A stretch of 58,579 nt of DNA, counting the filler, from Candidatus Desantisbacteria bacterium CG1_02_49_89 (GTDB lineage: Bacteria; Desantisbacteria; UBA1551): the NCBI GenBank assembly GCA_001871075.1. It is 4 parts of 4 records of this genome, joined end to end, with 100 filler letters (N's around TTAATTAATTAA, not from the genome) between each part and the next. Parts side by side here need not be neighbours in the genome. Positions count along the whole stretch, not along the records: positions 46,070 to 58,579 come from MNUP01000048.1; 3 more parts are not named here. One strand, given 5' to 3'. Every line of letters begins with the position of its first letter. Position 1 is the first letter of the stretch. A model generated the notes under the pieces. The model was not told where the DNA came from. It saw only the letters and a list, made by a program, of their open reading frames with translations, and did not search any database. Shown one piece after another: positions 58,001 through 58,579 of the stretch. Position numbers and translations under genes: made by a program.

Positions 58001-58230
58001 GCCATAAGGGTCGCTGTCCCGATGAATAAATCGGGACGGTTTAGCGACGCCTGCGAGATGGTTGGCGTGCGAGGAATAACGAACACAAGCTTGCCAACGG
58101 ACTCGAGTTGGTGAGAGCCCCGGAGAGCAGGCCGGGTTCCGCCGGGCATTCACTCGACTGCGTTAGAATTTCGCAATGAGCGAAATTCGGTCCCCCCTGC
58201 TCTGATGTAAATCAGAGCAAGAAAGGGGGG
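58001..58230. ncRNA. Unidentified multi-hairpin structured region
   Basis: Five consecutive stems plus possible long-range pairings; no ORF; not matched to any RNA family I recognise. Confidence 0.4.
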
Positions 58231-58242
58231 ATAGGAGTTTAT

Positions 58243-58579
58243 TCAAAATTTAAGTAATAAGGAAACCCTATGGGTATAGCCTAAGTCCCCGTAAGGAACG
58301 AGGGCGTAATCTATGCCCAGTATCCCAATCTTAAAGCCGGCGCCGCAGGTTAGGCCGGCAAGTGCTCCCAATGTGTTGTTTATCGCGCTGTTATACTTGT
58401 AACCTGCCCTTATGGCAAACACAGGATGGACCCAGTATTCAATACCTGCTCCCACAGCCCATATAGAATCAAGGATGGAGTAGTTCAGGTCAGATGATAG
58501 AGTAAGCTTGCTGTCAGCAAACTTATTGGTAATGCCTGCTTTCAGGTTCATAGGCAGAGGGTTTACTTCCGTAATGAAC
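58243..58579 (-). CDS. PorV/PorQ-family outer-membrane barrel, C-terminal fragment
   Basis: GAGIEY...AIRAGY...GLTCGAGF...DYALVPYGDLGYTHRVSL..KF; frame runs off the window. Confidence 0.82.
   Translation of the reverse strand, partial: FITEVNPLPMNLKAGITNKFADSKLTLSSDLNYSILDSIWAVGAGIEYWVHPVFAIRAGYKYNSAINNTLGALAGLTCGAGFKIGILGIDYALVPYGDLGYTHRVSLLLKF

Noticed and set aside
58001-58230. Assignment to RNase P, tmRNA, 6S, SRP, a group I/II intron or a cobalamin riboswitch
   Set aside because: Only partial motif resemblances; the diagnostic conserved elements are absent.

Overview
Bacterial draft-genome window made of four contigs joined by artificial 100-nt N/TTAATTAATTAA spacers (16244-16343, 31338-31437, 45970-46069), so adjacency across these gaps means nothing. 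The GC-richer core encodes carbohydrate catabolism and envelope functions (lsrF, Zn-ADH, glf, GT28, Gfo/Idh/MocA, split transketolase, mmsA, sialidase-like protein, nucleoside hydrolase, a 1816-aa secreted glycan-active protein and its paralog), a homocitrate-synthase-family enzyme, an aminotransferase, MltD, c-di-GMP enzymes, AddAB and a PorV-family fragment. Two AT-rich accessory islands stand out. The first (1-2510) has an ISL3 end truncating a secreted-protein gene, an atypical radical SAM protein, and a HEPN/MNT pair with a consensus promoter and twin palindromic operators. The second (16403-19608) is a candidate defence island: Schlafen/AlbA_2, HNH, a HEPN gene with an in-frame TGA, and a DUF3800 gene met head-on by a small structured RNA with its own near-consensus promoter (best candidate for an undescribed protein-RNA system). 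Nearly every intergenic space holds short repeats of many families (GTAG REPs, GTCATTGCGAG hairpins, heptamer arrays, MITEs). Some have entered coding sequences in frame, and one three-copy element shows compensatory base changes. A ~230-nt multi-hairpin region at 58001-58230 is unexplained. No tRNA, rRNA or CRISPR array was recognised. All family calls come from motif recognition by eye, not database searches.
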